This document shows, in pieces, positions 19,794 through 29,583 of a DNA stretch of 64,000 nt. Position numbers and translations under genes: made by a program. Position 1 is the stretch's first letter; the number at the start of each line of letters is the position of its first letter. The notes beneath the pieces were generated by a model. It was not told the DNA's origin. It did not search any database and worked only from the letters and a program-made list of their open reading frames with translations. Origin of the DNA: an uncultured Gammaproteobacteria bacterium (GTDB taxonomy: Bacteria > Patescibacteriota > Microgenomatia > Levybacterales > UBA12049); assembly GCA_964474445.1 (NCBI GenBank), contig CAYYSJ010000001.1, forward strand, positions 206,530 through 270,529, given 5' to 3'.

Positions 19794-20414
19794 TTATATA
19801 TCTTTCAGAGAAAATTCTGCAATTAGTTCACGGCATGTTCCATGCTCTCCCATTACAAAGACGCCAACTTTACTTACTAAAAATCGCGGAAGGCTCCATC
19901 TCGCTTTTCTTTTGATAAGTTGTCCATCTAACTCACTTTTCATGCGAAGAAGAGTGAGGTGCGGATGAAAGTTAACGATTCCTACAGACCCATACTTTTC
20001 TAATGATTGTAAACTTCCAAGTGACAAATCCATTCGATAATCTCTTCCTTCCTCAAATGTCTCCTCAACTTGTACCTCTCGAAGTGAGGCAACCGCTGAT
20101 ACAAGCTTTTCCTGCATTAGCTTCACATCTGGGATAAGACCAAATTCAAGGTTTACAAATCCTTGCGACTCTGTAATCTCCTTTAGGGTCAAATACACTT
20201 CTGAAAAAGTTGCAACCTCTTTTTCTACAATGTCAAGAACTTCAGGTATTTTTTCTTCTACAATAACAGGAGCATAGAGGGTAACGTGGGGAAGAACAGT
20301 AATACCATCTAAAAAGAAGTAGGTATCTGTATTTTTTCCAAGAGACGAAGCAATTGCAATTGCTTCATGTTCTACTTCTTTTGATAACCGAAGTGCAATA
20401 TTAATACGTACCAT
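19794..20414 (-). CDS. 2H phosphoesterase (2'-5' RNA ligase superfamily)
   Basis: Two HxT motifs, PHVTL and PHLTL. Confidence 0.8.
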   Translation of the reverse strand: MVRINIALRLSKEVEHEAIAIASSLGKNTDTYFFLDGITVLPHVTLYAPVIVEEKIPEVLDIVEKEVATFSEVYLTLKEITESQGFVNLEFGLIPDVKLMQEKLVSAVASLREVQVEETFEEGRDYRMDLSLGSLQSLEKYGSVGIVNFHPHLTLLRMKSELDGQLIKRKARWSLPRFLVSKVGVFVMGEHGTCRELIAEFSLKDI

Positions 20415-20421
20415 AGATCCT

Positions 20422-21411
20422 TTATCCTAGGATAGAATAGCCTTGTTCATCAGGAGAAAGGCGTAAAAATTTATTCGCAAGTTCGAGAGCCTCTTCATAG
20501 GAGTTTGTCTCCATAAACTGTGCACGCATCTCACTTGCTCCTTCAAAATCTGCAATATAAATTTTGAAATATTTTTTTAGAACTTGAAAGTTCTTTTTTT
20601 TATCCCATACCTTTTCATAGAGAACAACATGCTGCTGTAAAAGCTCAAGACGTTCTTTTATCGATTTCGTTTGTGGATCAATACCTAAAAAAAGCCAAGG
20701 ATTATGAAAAATCCCTCGCCCTATCATAATGCCATCAAGCCCATATTGCTGAACTTTTTGTTTAGCTTCTTCTAAACTTTGTACATCTCCATTGCCAAAG
20801 ATGAGTGTCGGTTTTTTCATTTCTGTCCGAAGTACTGCTGCTTTCCCTATTTCGTCCCAATGCGCTGGGACTTTAGACATTTCGGCAGCCGTTCTGCCAT
20901 GGACTGTGATAAGTGGTAAGTTTTGTTCTAGCAAAAATCCTATCCATTCTTCTGTCTGGGTTTTTGAAAATCCAATCCGAGTTTTAACAGATACTGGCAA
21001 ATCTCCAGCTCCTTCTCGTGCTGCTTCTATAATTTCTTTGGCAAGTGGTTTGTTTTTAATAAGTGCACTACATGCACCATGCCTTGTTACATCCCTTTGT
21101 GGACACCCCATATTCAAATCTATCCCGTCAAATCCCATTGCCACAATTCGCTTTGCTGCCAAGTAAAAGTTCTCAGGAGTTACTCCCCAAATTTGTGCAA
21201 TGAGGGGTTTTTCATCTTTCTCAAATTGCAATCGTTGGCTTACTTTTTCATCACCGGCAGAGTTCATGCCATCGACATTGGTAAATTCAGTAAAGAAGAT
21301 ATCAGGTCGACCACAAGATATAACAATCTGGCGAAAAACAGTATCCGTTACATCTTCCATCGGAGCAAGACTAAAAATTGGTTTTGGTAATTTGTCCCAA
21401 ATAGTTTCCAT
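20422..21411 (-). CDS. dus: tRNA-dihydrouridine synthase; start revised to 21411
   Basis: LAPMEDVTD, DLNMGCP, SVKTRIG, VHGRT, GNGDV, MIGRG. Confidence 0.95.
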   Translation of the reverse strand: METIWDKLPKPIFSLAPMEDVTDTVFRQIVISCGRPDIFFTEFTNVDGMNSAGDEKVSQRLQFEKDEKPLIAQIWGVTPENFYLAAKRIVAMGFDGIDLNMGCPQRDVTRHGACSALIKNKPLAKEIIEAAREGAGDLPVSVKTRIGFSKTQTEEWIGFLLEQNLPLITVHGRTAAEMSKVPAHWDEIGKAAVLRTEMKKPTLIFGNGDVQSLEEAKQKVQQYGLDGIMIGRGIFHNPWLFLGIDPQTKSIKERLELLQQHVVLYEKVWDKKKNFQVLKKYFKIYIADFEGASEMRAQFMETNSYEEALELANKFLRLSPDEQGYSILG

Positions 21412-21463
21412 GAAGCCAATTGTACACAAAAAAAAGCTGCAAAGCCACTGTAAGTCTGCAAAA

Positions 21464-21730
21464 TTACAAGTTAGAGAAGGAGTGGGCAAGCAATTTTAAA
21501 TTACGCTGTTGAGCAGATGAAAGCCTGGGGGAAAGAGAATCAACAAATTCATTTACTGACTTTTGTACAGATTTTTGTAGCTCCGTATAATAGTCACTCT
21601 GACTTGCATATGCTGGAGATAATTGTTTTTGACACTGTTTAATAAAATCAGCAATAAAGGCCTCTTTATCTCCTTCATACTCTGCCAAAACAAGCATTTG
21701 AAAAAGTGTTTGCCGGATAGTATCTATCAT
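21464..21730 (-). CDS. Hypothetical small helical protein
   Basis: 88-aa ORF co-directional with dus; TACTAT upstream. Confidence 0.6.
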   Translation of the reverse strand: MIDTIRQTLFQMLVLAEYEGDKEAFIADFIKQCQKQLSPAYASQSDYYTELQKSVQKSVNEFVDSLSPRLSSAQQRNLKLLAHSFSNL

Positions 21731-21814
21731 AAATTGCCTTATAGTACTTGATCAAGATACTAGCGAAGGAAGGATACGAATTAAGTGAAGAATTGGTAAG
21801 AAGTGGGAAAGAAA

Positions 21815-24505
21815 CTAGGATTGATTTGGTTTTAGTCCGTTAGTTAATAAAGTCGCAAAAGCAGGGTTGGCAGCAAGTTGTTGAAGAAAGTCCATTTCTG
21901 CCGCATTCTTAAATCCTAAAGCTATTGCAACTTCATTTCTCTTCGCTGCGGTGACTGATCCATCTGTCAACTCCTCTTCAAGCGGTTTTCGCTGTTGTGG
22001 TTCAGGGGCTACTAATGCAAGTAATTTCTTTTGTGTATCTGTCAATCTATCTCCAAATCGCTCTTCCAATCTCTTTCTTTCTTCAAAATTACCTGCTACT
22101 CCCGCTATCATAACATCTGTTAACTCTTCATCGAGTCTAACTGAATTCTTTATGCTCTCAGGTAAGCCACCAAATGACCTTAATTCTTCATCATATGCGT
22201 CAAGCTCTGCTTTTGTTCGAATAGAAAGAACTCTTGCGGTATCAATTTTCGGAGTTGTTATATCATTCAATATTGCTCGTTGATCATCTGGTGTAAGATC
22301 TGTTGCCAAAGCCAATTCAGCTTCAACTGCTTGTCTCCACTCTTCTATCGTTTGACCATTTTTAATATCTCTTTTAATTGTTCTGGCTTTGGCGATATGC
22401 TCACCATCAGAAAGAGGGTAGTCTCTATCTCGAATTGCATTCCATTGCTCTAGTTGTTTCTCATCAGTAATACCCAATTCTTTGGCCATTATAGCAAACT
22501 GCTCACGAGCAACTTCTCTCATGGAACGACTATTATTTGGGTTATTTTCTTTAAACGTGTTCTGAATTCGAAGTTCAAGAACTTGAGCTGCTCTATCTGC
22601 TCCCAAGACTCCCCTTGTTGTTACCCCATTACCTTCTCTATATAATAAATCTGGTTTAATAGAAAGTATTTGCAACGCAATATCAGCATCCTCAGTCAAT
22701 TCAGCTCTGACATTCTGTCGAATAATTGCACTTTCCCAAAACCTTTGTTCTTGAGCTGCATCAGTAAGCGCTGATGCTGCTGTTTCGTTAAGAAGTGCAG
22801 CCCTATCTACAGAAGCAGATTCTTGCACATCTGGAGCGTAAACTTGGATATCATACTTTTCTGGATCCTGCATTCGTTGGTTTGCAAAGAGGTCTGCTCT
22901 GCCTTTTCTCGTCAATCCATCAAGTTGTTCTTTTTGATTTGCTGTAACCAAAAGTGGAATTTTTGGATTTTCTTCTCCTTGTTCTCCTGATTCTGTTTGC
23001 CTTGTCTCATCAACCAATTTGTTGGCATCTCTCACATTCATCTCTTTTACAAAACGAGCATTTTCAGCTGGTCCTGCATAATAGAGTGCTCCTTCAACTG
23101 CGGTGCTATTCAGATCAAGTGCTTTAGACTCTCTTTGAAGTTGATATTTTCTATCTGAATTAGTTCCATCCAAATCTACTGCACGATAAACGCTAACTAT
23201 TCTTACCTTTGCTTTTTTCGTTTTTGCTTCAGCTGCTTGTAATTCTTCTGGAGAGATCACCCTTGTCTCATCAAGACCTTGACCATTTTGTTTCCCGGCT
23301 TCTTTTAGTTTTGCAGTAGCTACAGCAGTAGCACCAACTTGCCATTCTTCATCAATCCACTTATATTGTGAGTTTTCTGCACTCTCCACAATGTCTTTAA
23401 CTTGTTCTTGAAGAGCCAATTCTCCATCAAGAAGTTCTGAAGTATCACTACCCTGTACGGCTGTTGTAATAATCTCTCCTTTAGGAGTTATTCTGTATGA
23501 AGCAAAAGTAAATGCTAAATCTGCACCTTTTTCAACTGGTTCTATTGCATGAGTCTCAGAGTTAATTCTAATTTGTTTACCATCTACACTCGTTGCATGA
23601 ATAACAAGGATATCATCCCCTTCTTTTTGTATAATTTGAAGTCTATTATCTTTCTTATCAAAAACGTTACCCTCCTTACCTGTTCTTGCTTGATCAATAA
23701 GACTAACCTCTCCTTCCCTCAAAAGAACAGGAAGTACACGCTTTTGTCTGTCGCTAAGGTCCAAAGAATCAATTCGTCCTAGTGACTCTTGAGAAACATT
23801 AGTCGGTAATTTATCATCCAGGTCAACTGTTTTTACTGAACCATCAGCAGCAACCATTTGTACATTAACATATCCTTCTTCCCGTGCATATCTTGCAACC
23901 CTTTCTCTATCTTGTGGATTAGCACTTGAAATTAATCTAGCAATTTGCTGATCAGCAGTTAATAGCTCTGTTGCCATAAGATTTTTTCGAGCAAGCGCTC
24001 TTTCATGACGACCTATTGTTACCCAATGCTTAAACCTTCCTGCAAGAGTATCTTTTGAAGATCTAGTCACTGGATATTCAGTTCCTGAGCCATTAGTAAT
24101 TACCGGCTCTGCTGGAACTGATGCTTGATCAGCCGAAAGTGCAGCAACTAAAGGTTCTCCGCCACCTTCTTCCCCCGCATTTGGTTGTGTTGGTTTACCT
24201 GAGTCTTCAACAGTTTGGTCTCCATCATTATGCCCGGCTAGTTCCTCAAGAGTATCAGGCACTGGACCACTGTCATGACTCTCTGAACTCCCACCTACTG
24301 CTGCGTCTGAGAAATTCGCATGTGCTTCTGCTCCAGGAGTTACAGCAGCTCCTGGCTCTGCTGGTAATACTGCATCTTGACCTCGCTCTTGTGTTGTCGC
24401 TGAGGTTCCTCCTGATTCTGCTGGTGATTGCACTACAGCAGGCTGTGCTTGCTCCACTGGTTGTGGGGGCTGTATAACATCTCCACTTGGTTCTTGCATA
24501 TACAT
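21815..24505 (-). CDS. Large hypothetical protein with acidic low-complexity N-terminus
   Basis: 896-aa ORF; TTGACA-18-TATGCT promoter just upstream (start may be ATG 24499). Confidence 0.85.
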   Translation of the reverse strand: MYMQEPSGDVIQPPQPVEQAQPAVVQSPAESGGTSATTQERGQDAVLPAEPGAAVTPGAEAHANFSDAAVGGSSESHDSGPVPDTLEELAGHNDGDQTVEDSGKPTQPNAGEEGGGEPLVAALSADQASVPAEPVITNGSGTEYPVTRSSKDTLAGRFKHWVTIGRHERALARKNLMATELLTADQQIARLISSANPQDRERVARYAREEGYVNVQMVAADGSVKTVDLDDKLPTNVSQESLGRIDSLDLSDRQKRVLPVLLREGEVSLIDQARTGKEGNVFDKKDNRLQIIQKEGDDILVIHATSVDGKQIRINSETHAIEPVEKGADLAFTFASYRITPKGEIITTAVQGSDTSELLDGELALQEQVKDIVESAENSQYKWIDEEWQVGATAVATAKLKEAGKQNGQGLDETRVISPEELQAAEAKTKKAKVRIVSVYRAVDLDGTNSDRKYQLQRESKALDLNSTAVEGALYYAGPAENARFVKEMNVRDANKLVDETRQTESGEQGEENPKIPLLVTANQKEQLDGLTRKGRADLFANQRMQDPEKYDIQVYAPDVQESASVDRAALLNETAASALTDAAQEQRFWESAIIRQNVRAELTEDADIALQILSIKPDLLYREGNGVTTRGVLGADRAAQVLELRIQNTFKENNPNNSRSMREVAREQFAIMAKELGITDEKQLEQWNAIRDRDYPLSDGEHIAKARTIKRDIKNGQTIEEWRQAVEAELALATDLTPDDQRAILNDITTPKIDTARVLSIRTKAELDAYDEELRSFGGLPESIKNSVRLDEELTDVMIAGVAGNFEERKRLEERFGDRLTDTQKKLLALVAPEPQQRKPLEEELTDGSVTAAKRNEVAIALGFKNAAEMDFLQQLAANPAFATLLTNGLKPNQS

Positions 24506-24704
24506 TTAGCATATGGTTTTTTACAAAGATGTGTCAATAGGAAAAATAATTTCCTACGAGACTATATGGGATAAATAAAAATTTTATTTCCTTTGTTTTC
24601 TTGCTTTTACAGCGACAATTTTTTATCTTGGCTCTTTCTCTCTTCTTACGACACTCTGTGCAAGTTCTCAAATGTCAGTTCTATTATCACAACTATTATA
24701 AGTT

Positions 24705-25301
24705 ATGTTAGATAGATCGATTGGCGCAGAGCAAAGAAGACCAGTACTCAACCAAGGCACAGCACTAGCAGTACATCAAGGTATTTTCGATCTTACCAAT
24801 ATAACACTTGGAGTAAAAGTACTCGAGCTTACTGCACGAACAATGGGAAGACCTACCTTTCCTGCAGAGGTAAATAGAGCAACACGAGCAACACTTGTTA
24901 CCCAAACACCAATTGAAGATCAACAACAAGCAGAAATAGTTGCAGATTGCATGGCAATTATTTTTAACGGTGAACCGTATTACCCTTTTGTAAGAAGAGA
25001 TACTGAAGCAGATAAGCGACGAAAAGTAGATATCATGGGCACTATTCGAGATCTAAGAGGAATGACAACCGACCAACTTCGAGAAGAAGTAGCCATCGAC
25101 ATTGTAAGGAAGGATCTGGACAGTAGTGCACTTCTAGAAGGTTCTGAGGTGCCAAGTCTGTTAGAAAAATTTCTTTGGACAACAAATCCCACCCCCTCTT
25201 CTGATGTAAATAGATCTTTAGGACTTGTATGCAGTACGTTAGAGCAAATAGTTACAAGAGCACTGGCAGAAGAGGAAGAGACTACAACTCAAAGTTTTTA
25301 A
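24705..25301 (+). CDS. Hypothetical protein (orphan-like)
   Basis: 198-aa ORF; TATTAT 5 nt before ATG. Confidence 0.7.
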   Translation: MLDRSIGAEQRRPVLNQGTALAVHQGIFDLTNITLGVKVLELTARTMGRPTFPAEVNRATRATLVTQTPIEDQQQAEIVADCMAIIFNGEPYYPFVRRDTEADKRRKVDIMGTIRDLRGMTTDQLREEVAIDIVRKDLDSSALLEGSEVPSLLEKFLWTTNPTPSSDVNRSLGLVCSTLEQIVTRALAEEEETTTQSF

Positions 25302-25842
25302 GCGCTTTTTTAATTGCTTCAACCGGTAACCCAACAATATTGTCATAATCCCCTTTCACCTTCGCTATAAAAGTGTCCCCAACTTCTTGAATCGCATATG
25401 CTCCTGCTTTGTCCATATAGGTGTTTTTGTCTAAATATGCCTCTATGTCATCTTTTGAATAGTCTTTCATATACACATGGGAGACAACTGCATCTGAGGA
25501 GATTTTTTCTGTATCAAGAAGAGTAAAACCTGTCACAACATCTTGTACTTTCCCGCTTTGAAAAGCAAGCATTCTTTCAGCATCTTCTCGGCTCTTTGGT
25601 TTATTAAGAAACTTTCCTTCCAGAACAACAAACGTATCAGCAGCCAGAATAATGCTTCCAGGGTGTTTTTTGGCAACATCATATGCTTTCCCAAGACTCA
25701 ATGTTATTGCCAATTTCTCTGGTTTCTGAGACTCATCCACATATTCTTCAAAGTTACTTGGATCTATAATATAAGGAAGATTAAGTTTTTTTACTAATTC
25801 CTGTCTTCTTGGAGAGGAAGAAGCAAGCACCAATTGTTTCAT
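25282..25842 (-). CDS. maf: Maf-family nucleoside triphosphate pyrophosphatase
   Basis: LASSSPRR, ADTFV, DKAGAYAIQ, NIVGLP. Confidence 0.95.
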   Translation of the reverse strand: MKQLVLASSSPRRQELVKKLNLPYIIDPSNFEEYVDESQKPEKLAITLSLGKAYDVAKKHPGSIILAADTFVVLEGKFLNKPKSREDAERMLAFQSGKVQDVVTGFTLLDTEKISSDAVVSHVYMKDYSKDDIEAYLDKNTYMDKAGAYAIQEVGDTFIAKVKGDYDNIVGLPVEAIKKALKNFEL

Positions 25843-25907
25843 AAGGTATAGTATACAATACTTTGATTTTTATATATAATCGAGGAGGCCACCTTTTGGA
25901 CCCAATA

Positions 25908-25982
25908 GCCGTCTTAGCTCAATGGTAGAGCAGCGGTATCGTAAACCGCAGGTTATCGGTTCGAGTCCGATAGACGGCTCCA
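25908..25982 (+). tRNA. tRNA-Thr(CGT), CCA encoded
   Basis: GCCGTCT/AGACGGC acceptor, GCTC/GAGC D stem, GCGGT/ACCGC anticodon stem with loop ATCGTAA, TTCGAGT T loop, TCCA end. Confidence 0.93.
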
Positions 25983-26005
25983 AGCCAAACACAACGTATA
26001 TAGAT

Positions 26006-26716
26006 ATGCAATCAAGGCTTTCAAAAGCAGCAGAAAGAAAAACAAAGAAACAACTCTACCTCTCGCTGATTGGGATAGTGATCGTTGTCTTTGTTTTGGT
26101 AAAGTTTGGTATTCCAGCACTTGTTAACTTTAGTCTTTTCCTCTCTAATTTCCATGGACAACAATCTCAGTCAACAACACCTGCTACCAACCAAATTATT
26201 GCACAACCAATCCTTACACAAGATTTTACTGCAACAAATAGTGCAACTATCACAGTGAATGGAACAGCAGCTGCACAAGAGAAAGTACAATTGTATGTAA
26301 ATGATGATCTTGTTGATACCATATCAACCAAAGACGATGGAACATTTTCCTTCAAAAATATTACCCTGACACAACAGCAAAACACTCTCAAGGCACGAGC
26401 GAAAAAAGACGATAAAGTAAGTGAATTTTCCGATTCCCTGATAATTTCATATATTCAAAAAGCTCCTAGCCTTTCTGTTGATAGCCCTTCAGATGGCCAA
26501 TCGTTCTCTCATGACCAGAGTACTGTAGTGGTAAAAGGGAAAACTGATCCAGATATCAAAGTAACGGTCAATGACTTTTGGGCAATTGTAGATAACAACG
26601 GAAACTACTCCTATTCTCTCCATTTACAAAATGGCGATAACCAAATTCACGTTGTAGCAACAGATCCAGCAGGGAATAAAACGGAGAAACAGATAACAGT
26701 TAAATATTCTCAGTAA
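26006..26716 (+). CDS. Membrane-anchored protein with bacterial Ig-like domains; start revised to 26006
   Basis: One N-terminal TM helix, two beta-sandwich repeats (ITVNGTA, DGTFSF, GDNQI, DPAGN); upstream ATG lies inside the tRNA. Confidence 0.85.
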   Translation: MQSRLSKAAERKTKKQLYLSLIGIVIVVFVLVKFGIPALVNFSLFLSNFHGQQSQSTTPATNQIIAQPILTQDFTATNSATITVNGTAAAQEKVQLYVNDDLVDTISTKDDGTFSFKNITLTQQQNTLKARAKKDDKVSEFSDSLIISYIQKAPSLSVDSPSDGQSFSHDQSTVVVKGKTDPDIKVTVNDFWAIVDNNGNYSYSLHLQNGDNQIHVVATDPAGNKTEKQITVKYSQ

Positions 26717-27890
26717 GTCCAAGTACTATCCATAGCCATACCATAAGGGATGGATAAAAAAGTCCATTGATAAAAAAACTCCCTACACTTATGGAAACGA
26801 GTGTTGCTATTCCCAACGACGTGTACAGTCTATTTTTTTGCTTTCTAAGAACACGTATATGCTGGTAAAGAAAATAAAGGAAGGCAGTTAGTCCAATAAC
26901 TCCTGTTGTTGCCAAAACAAAAAGAAAACTATTATCTGCTCCGGCACTCCCGTGTCCTTCTTCCCAACCTGCTTTATAGATACCATGCCTATGTTGTGCA
27001 TAACGATAGGCATTAAATCCTACACCTAACACAATGTTATCTTGCCATACCGTAAGCGCATCTTTCATATTGCCAAATCGTGCCTCTGTAGATACGACTC
27101 GAAAAAAATTTGTTCCTTCGCTTCGCTTGCCAGTAATGAAAAATGTCAAAACTCCACCAAGCAGAATCAAACATACAAAAAGAAGCACTATCTTTTTATG
27201 TCCCTTAAGCAACAAAAATGTGGTGACACCTATAAGAAGAGTCATCAATGCTGACCGTGAGTAGGTAAGAAAGACCGCTACAACAGTCATAACAGTCAAA
27301 ACACCATACACTCCTTTTATTGTTTTATTGTTACTCCTGAAGAAAAGAAACAAAAGAAACAGTGTATATAAAACGAAAAATAATCCCAAAAAATTGGGAT
27401 CTAAGAATGTTCCAAACATCCGGTAGAAATGCTCATCCCATCCTCCGTAATATAAATTCCGCAACGCTGGATAGAACACAAATTGGACATATCCAATGAC
27501 TACCATAAAAAATCCTGTTATGGCCATTACTTGATATACAACAGCTTTCTTTTTTGAGGCAAATGAGAAAACAAGAAAAAAGAGCATCACATACATAGCA
27601 AAACGAAGTAAATATAAAAAGGCGGCAAAGAGTTGCCCTTGAGGAATGAAAAAAGCATTAAACAGAAGTGATACAGCTGCAATACTCAGAAACAGAACAA
27701 AGCTTTTCCATGTTGGAGAAATAACAACTTCTTTTTTTACTACCAACCACAGACCCCATAGCAGAACACACCCGATAACAGCCATATCCAATCCAGTAAC
27801 AGCAATACTCGGAAGTATATCAATTCTTGCAAGCTGGCCGAGTGAGAAAACAAAAAACAAAATGGATAATGATGTTAGTAGTATCGCCAT
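26700..27890 (-). CDS. O-antigen ligase/polymerase family membrane protein
   Basis: Multi-TM; RMFGTFLDPN, TYSRS, GVGFN, ADNSFL motifs. Confidence 0.85.
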   Translation of the reverse strand: MAILLTSLSILFFVFSLGQLARIDILPSIAVTGLDMAVIGCVLLWGLWLVVKKEVVISPTWKSFVLFLSIAAVSLLFNAFFIPQGQLFAAFLYLLRFAMYVMLFFLVFSFASKKKAVVYQVMAITGFFMVVIGYVQFVFYPALRNLYYGGWDEHFYRMFGTFLDPNFLGLFFVLYTLFLLFLFFRSNNKTIKGVYGVLTVMTVVAVFLTYSRSALMTLLIGVTTFLLLKGHKKIVLLFVCLILLGGVLTFFITGKRSEGTNFFRVVSTEARFGNMKDALTVWQDNIVLGVGFNAYRYAQHRHGIYKAGWEEGHGSAGADNSFLFVLATTGVIGLTAFLYFLYQHIRVLRKQKNRLYTSLGIATLVSISVGSFFINGLFYPSLMVWLWIVLGLTENI

Positions 27891-29482
27891 ACAGAATGAG
27901 CAAAACCAGGTGATGTGTATAATCGTACTTGTGTTTTGTTATTAAAATACACTAAACTCCAATATTTAAATTTCTCCGGTTTTCCATTTCCCTGCACTGC
28001 TACATAGGTAAAGGTATCTCCTTTTTGTACCCATGACTCATGAATATAGGGGAAATCGACATAGTAGAGATTATGGAATCCATACAGAAGAACTCTATCT
28101 GTTGGCTTTATATGTTTTGCAAAATATCCATCAACATCATAAAAATCACCAAGAGAAAAATCTAAATGATTGGCGAGAAAGTGTGCTTTTGTTTCACGTC
28201 CAGTTATAACTGAAGCAAATTTATAGTTTGCAATTGCACGATATCCAATTGAAATGATTGAACAAAGGATAACTGCCATGATAAATGCTTTTCTCCAGTA
28301 GTCTCCAAGAAGTGTGATGACATACACCACCAACAAAGTAAAAAGAGGAACAAATGCCAAGACATATCTTCCTCCTCCTGATTGGGGAGTAAAATACCAC
28401 ACAATAAACCCAGCAATAGCTAAGAAGACAATAAGAACATGTTCAGAAGTAAGTTTTCTCCATAGCAAAATAATAAATGGTATAGAGAGTAAATAGATAG
28501 GATGGATTGGATCTGATGCATACGCAAATGTATTCCAGAATGATGAGAGAAAAAATAATGGAGTAAACACCTGGAACGGTTTCAACAATGGGAGAACAGG
28601 AGAAAACATTGGATAAAACGGGTTGCCAGTATGGATATACGCAAATATCAACCACGGCAATGGAACAAGAAGTGCTAATCCCAAGAATGTAACAGCACGT
28701 TTTGCCCTTTGCAGGAAAGGAAGACTTTTATAGTTATACCAGAGAAGTAATACTACATACATAGCTACCGATCCTCCTGCTAATAACTTGGTGGTAAAGG
28801 TAAGACCAGCTAACAATCCAAATTGGATAAACCATTCTTTTTTCTTCGTTTCAACCCATGTAAAAAGTGCCCACACTGTCATGATTTCAAAAAAAGTTCT
28901 GGACAAATCAATATACCCACTGATTGATTCCCAACCAACAACTAAGTTACTGTAAAAAATAAGAGGGGCAAGGATAGCAATATGAGGCTGAAAAAACTTT
29001 CTTGTTACTTTATATAACGCAACACAGCACAAAATTCCAAAGATAAAGTGTATTCCTCTTGCAAAAAAATCTGATGAAAAAGCAAGGCCAGCTGTATAGA
29101 GCATCTCCGTAAGCTTTGGCATATCAGAGTAGGACAGTACTCCTCCTGGAACATGAAAAATGGCATGATATTGCAGATATAATTTAGGAAGCGTTAAGTG
29201 ATACCAGAGTGCATCAAACCCAATTTCAGGACCAAATAATCCGACACTGTTAATAACAGCTTGCACAACAATAAGAAGTACACAAACAAGGAAAAAGAGA
29301 GAATAGTTACCTCGAGGGAGACTGTAAAAAAATGAGAGAATATTCTTTCTTTTGAGATATCCAAATCCTCCCCAGAAAAGGAGAGTTAATACAATAAGAA
29401 CAGGTTTATAGAGCAGACCAGCCAGTCCTAGTAGAAAAATACCATAGGAAAAAATTCCTATCCCAAACGCTAACGCAAACAT
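27875..29482 (-). CDS. GT-C (ArnT/PMT-like) glycosyltransferase
   Basis: Multi-TM; FDALWYHL, YIDL, TGNPFYP. Confidence 0.8.
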   Translation of the reverse strand: MFALAFGIGIFSYGIFLLGLAGLLYKPVLIVLTLLFWGGFGYLKRKNILSFFYSLPRGNYSLFFLVCVLLIVVQAVINSVGLFGPEIGFDALWYHLTLPKLYLQYHAIFHVPGGVLSYSDMPKLTEMLYTAGLAFSSDFFARGIHFIFGILCCVALYKVTRKFFQPHIAILAPLIFYSNLVVGWESISGYIDLSRTFFEIMTVWALFTWVETKKKEWFIQFGLLAGLTFTTKLLAGGSVAMYVVLLLWYNYKSLPFLQRAKRAVTFLGLALLVPLPWLIFAYIHTGNPFYPMFSPVLPLLKPFQVFTPLFFLSSFWNTFAYASDPIHPIYLLSIPFIILLWRKLTSEHVLIVFLAIAGFIVWYFTPQSGGGRYVLAFVPLFTLLVVYVITLLGDYWRKAFIMAVILCSIISIGYRAIANYKFASVITGRETKAHFLANHLDFSLGDFYDVDGYFAKHIKPTDRVLLYGFHNLYYVDFPYIHESWVQKGDTFTYVAVQGNGKPEKFKYWSLVYFNNKTQVRLYTSPGFAHSVWRYY

Positions 29483-29583
29483 ATATGTCCTCTACAAAGC
29501 AAGAAATAAATATAATTTCCCAACACAAAGAGAAACCATAGAACGAGCAGAATATGAATTATTTGTTTTTTTGTAACTGCCAT
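29470..29583 (-). CDS. Putative 37-aa single-TM protein
   Basis: MAVTKKQIIHILLVLWFLFVLGNYIYFLLCRGHICLR; overlaps both neighbours and fills the gap. Confidence 0.55.
   Translation of the reverse strand: MAVTKKQIIHILLVLWFLFVLGNYIYFLLCRGHICLR

Noticed and set aside
24557-24704. Hydrophobic open stretch in the divergent spacer
   Set aside because: In-frame stop upstream and no start codon before the hydrophobic part
25922-26005. N-terminal extension of the Ig-domain ORF
   Set aside because: It reads through tRNA-Thr; ATG 26006 is the plausible start
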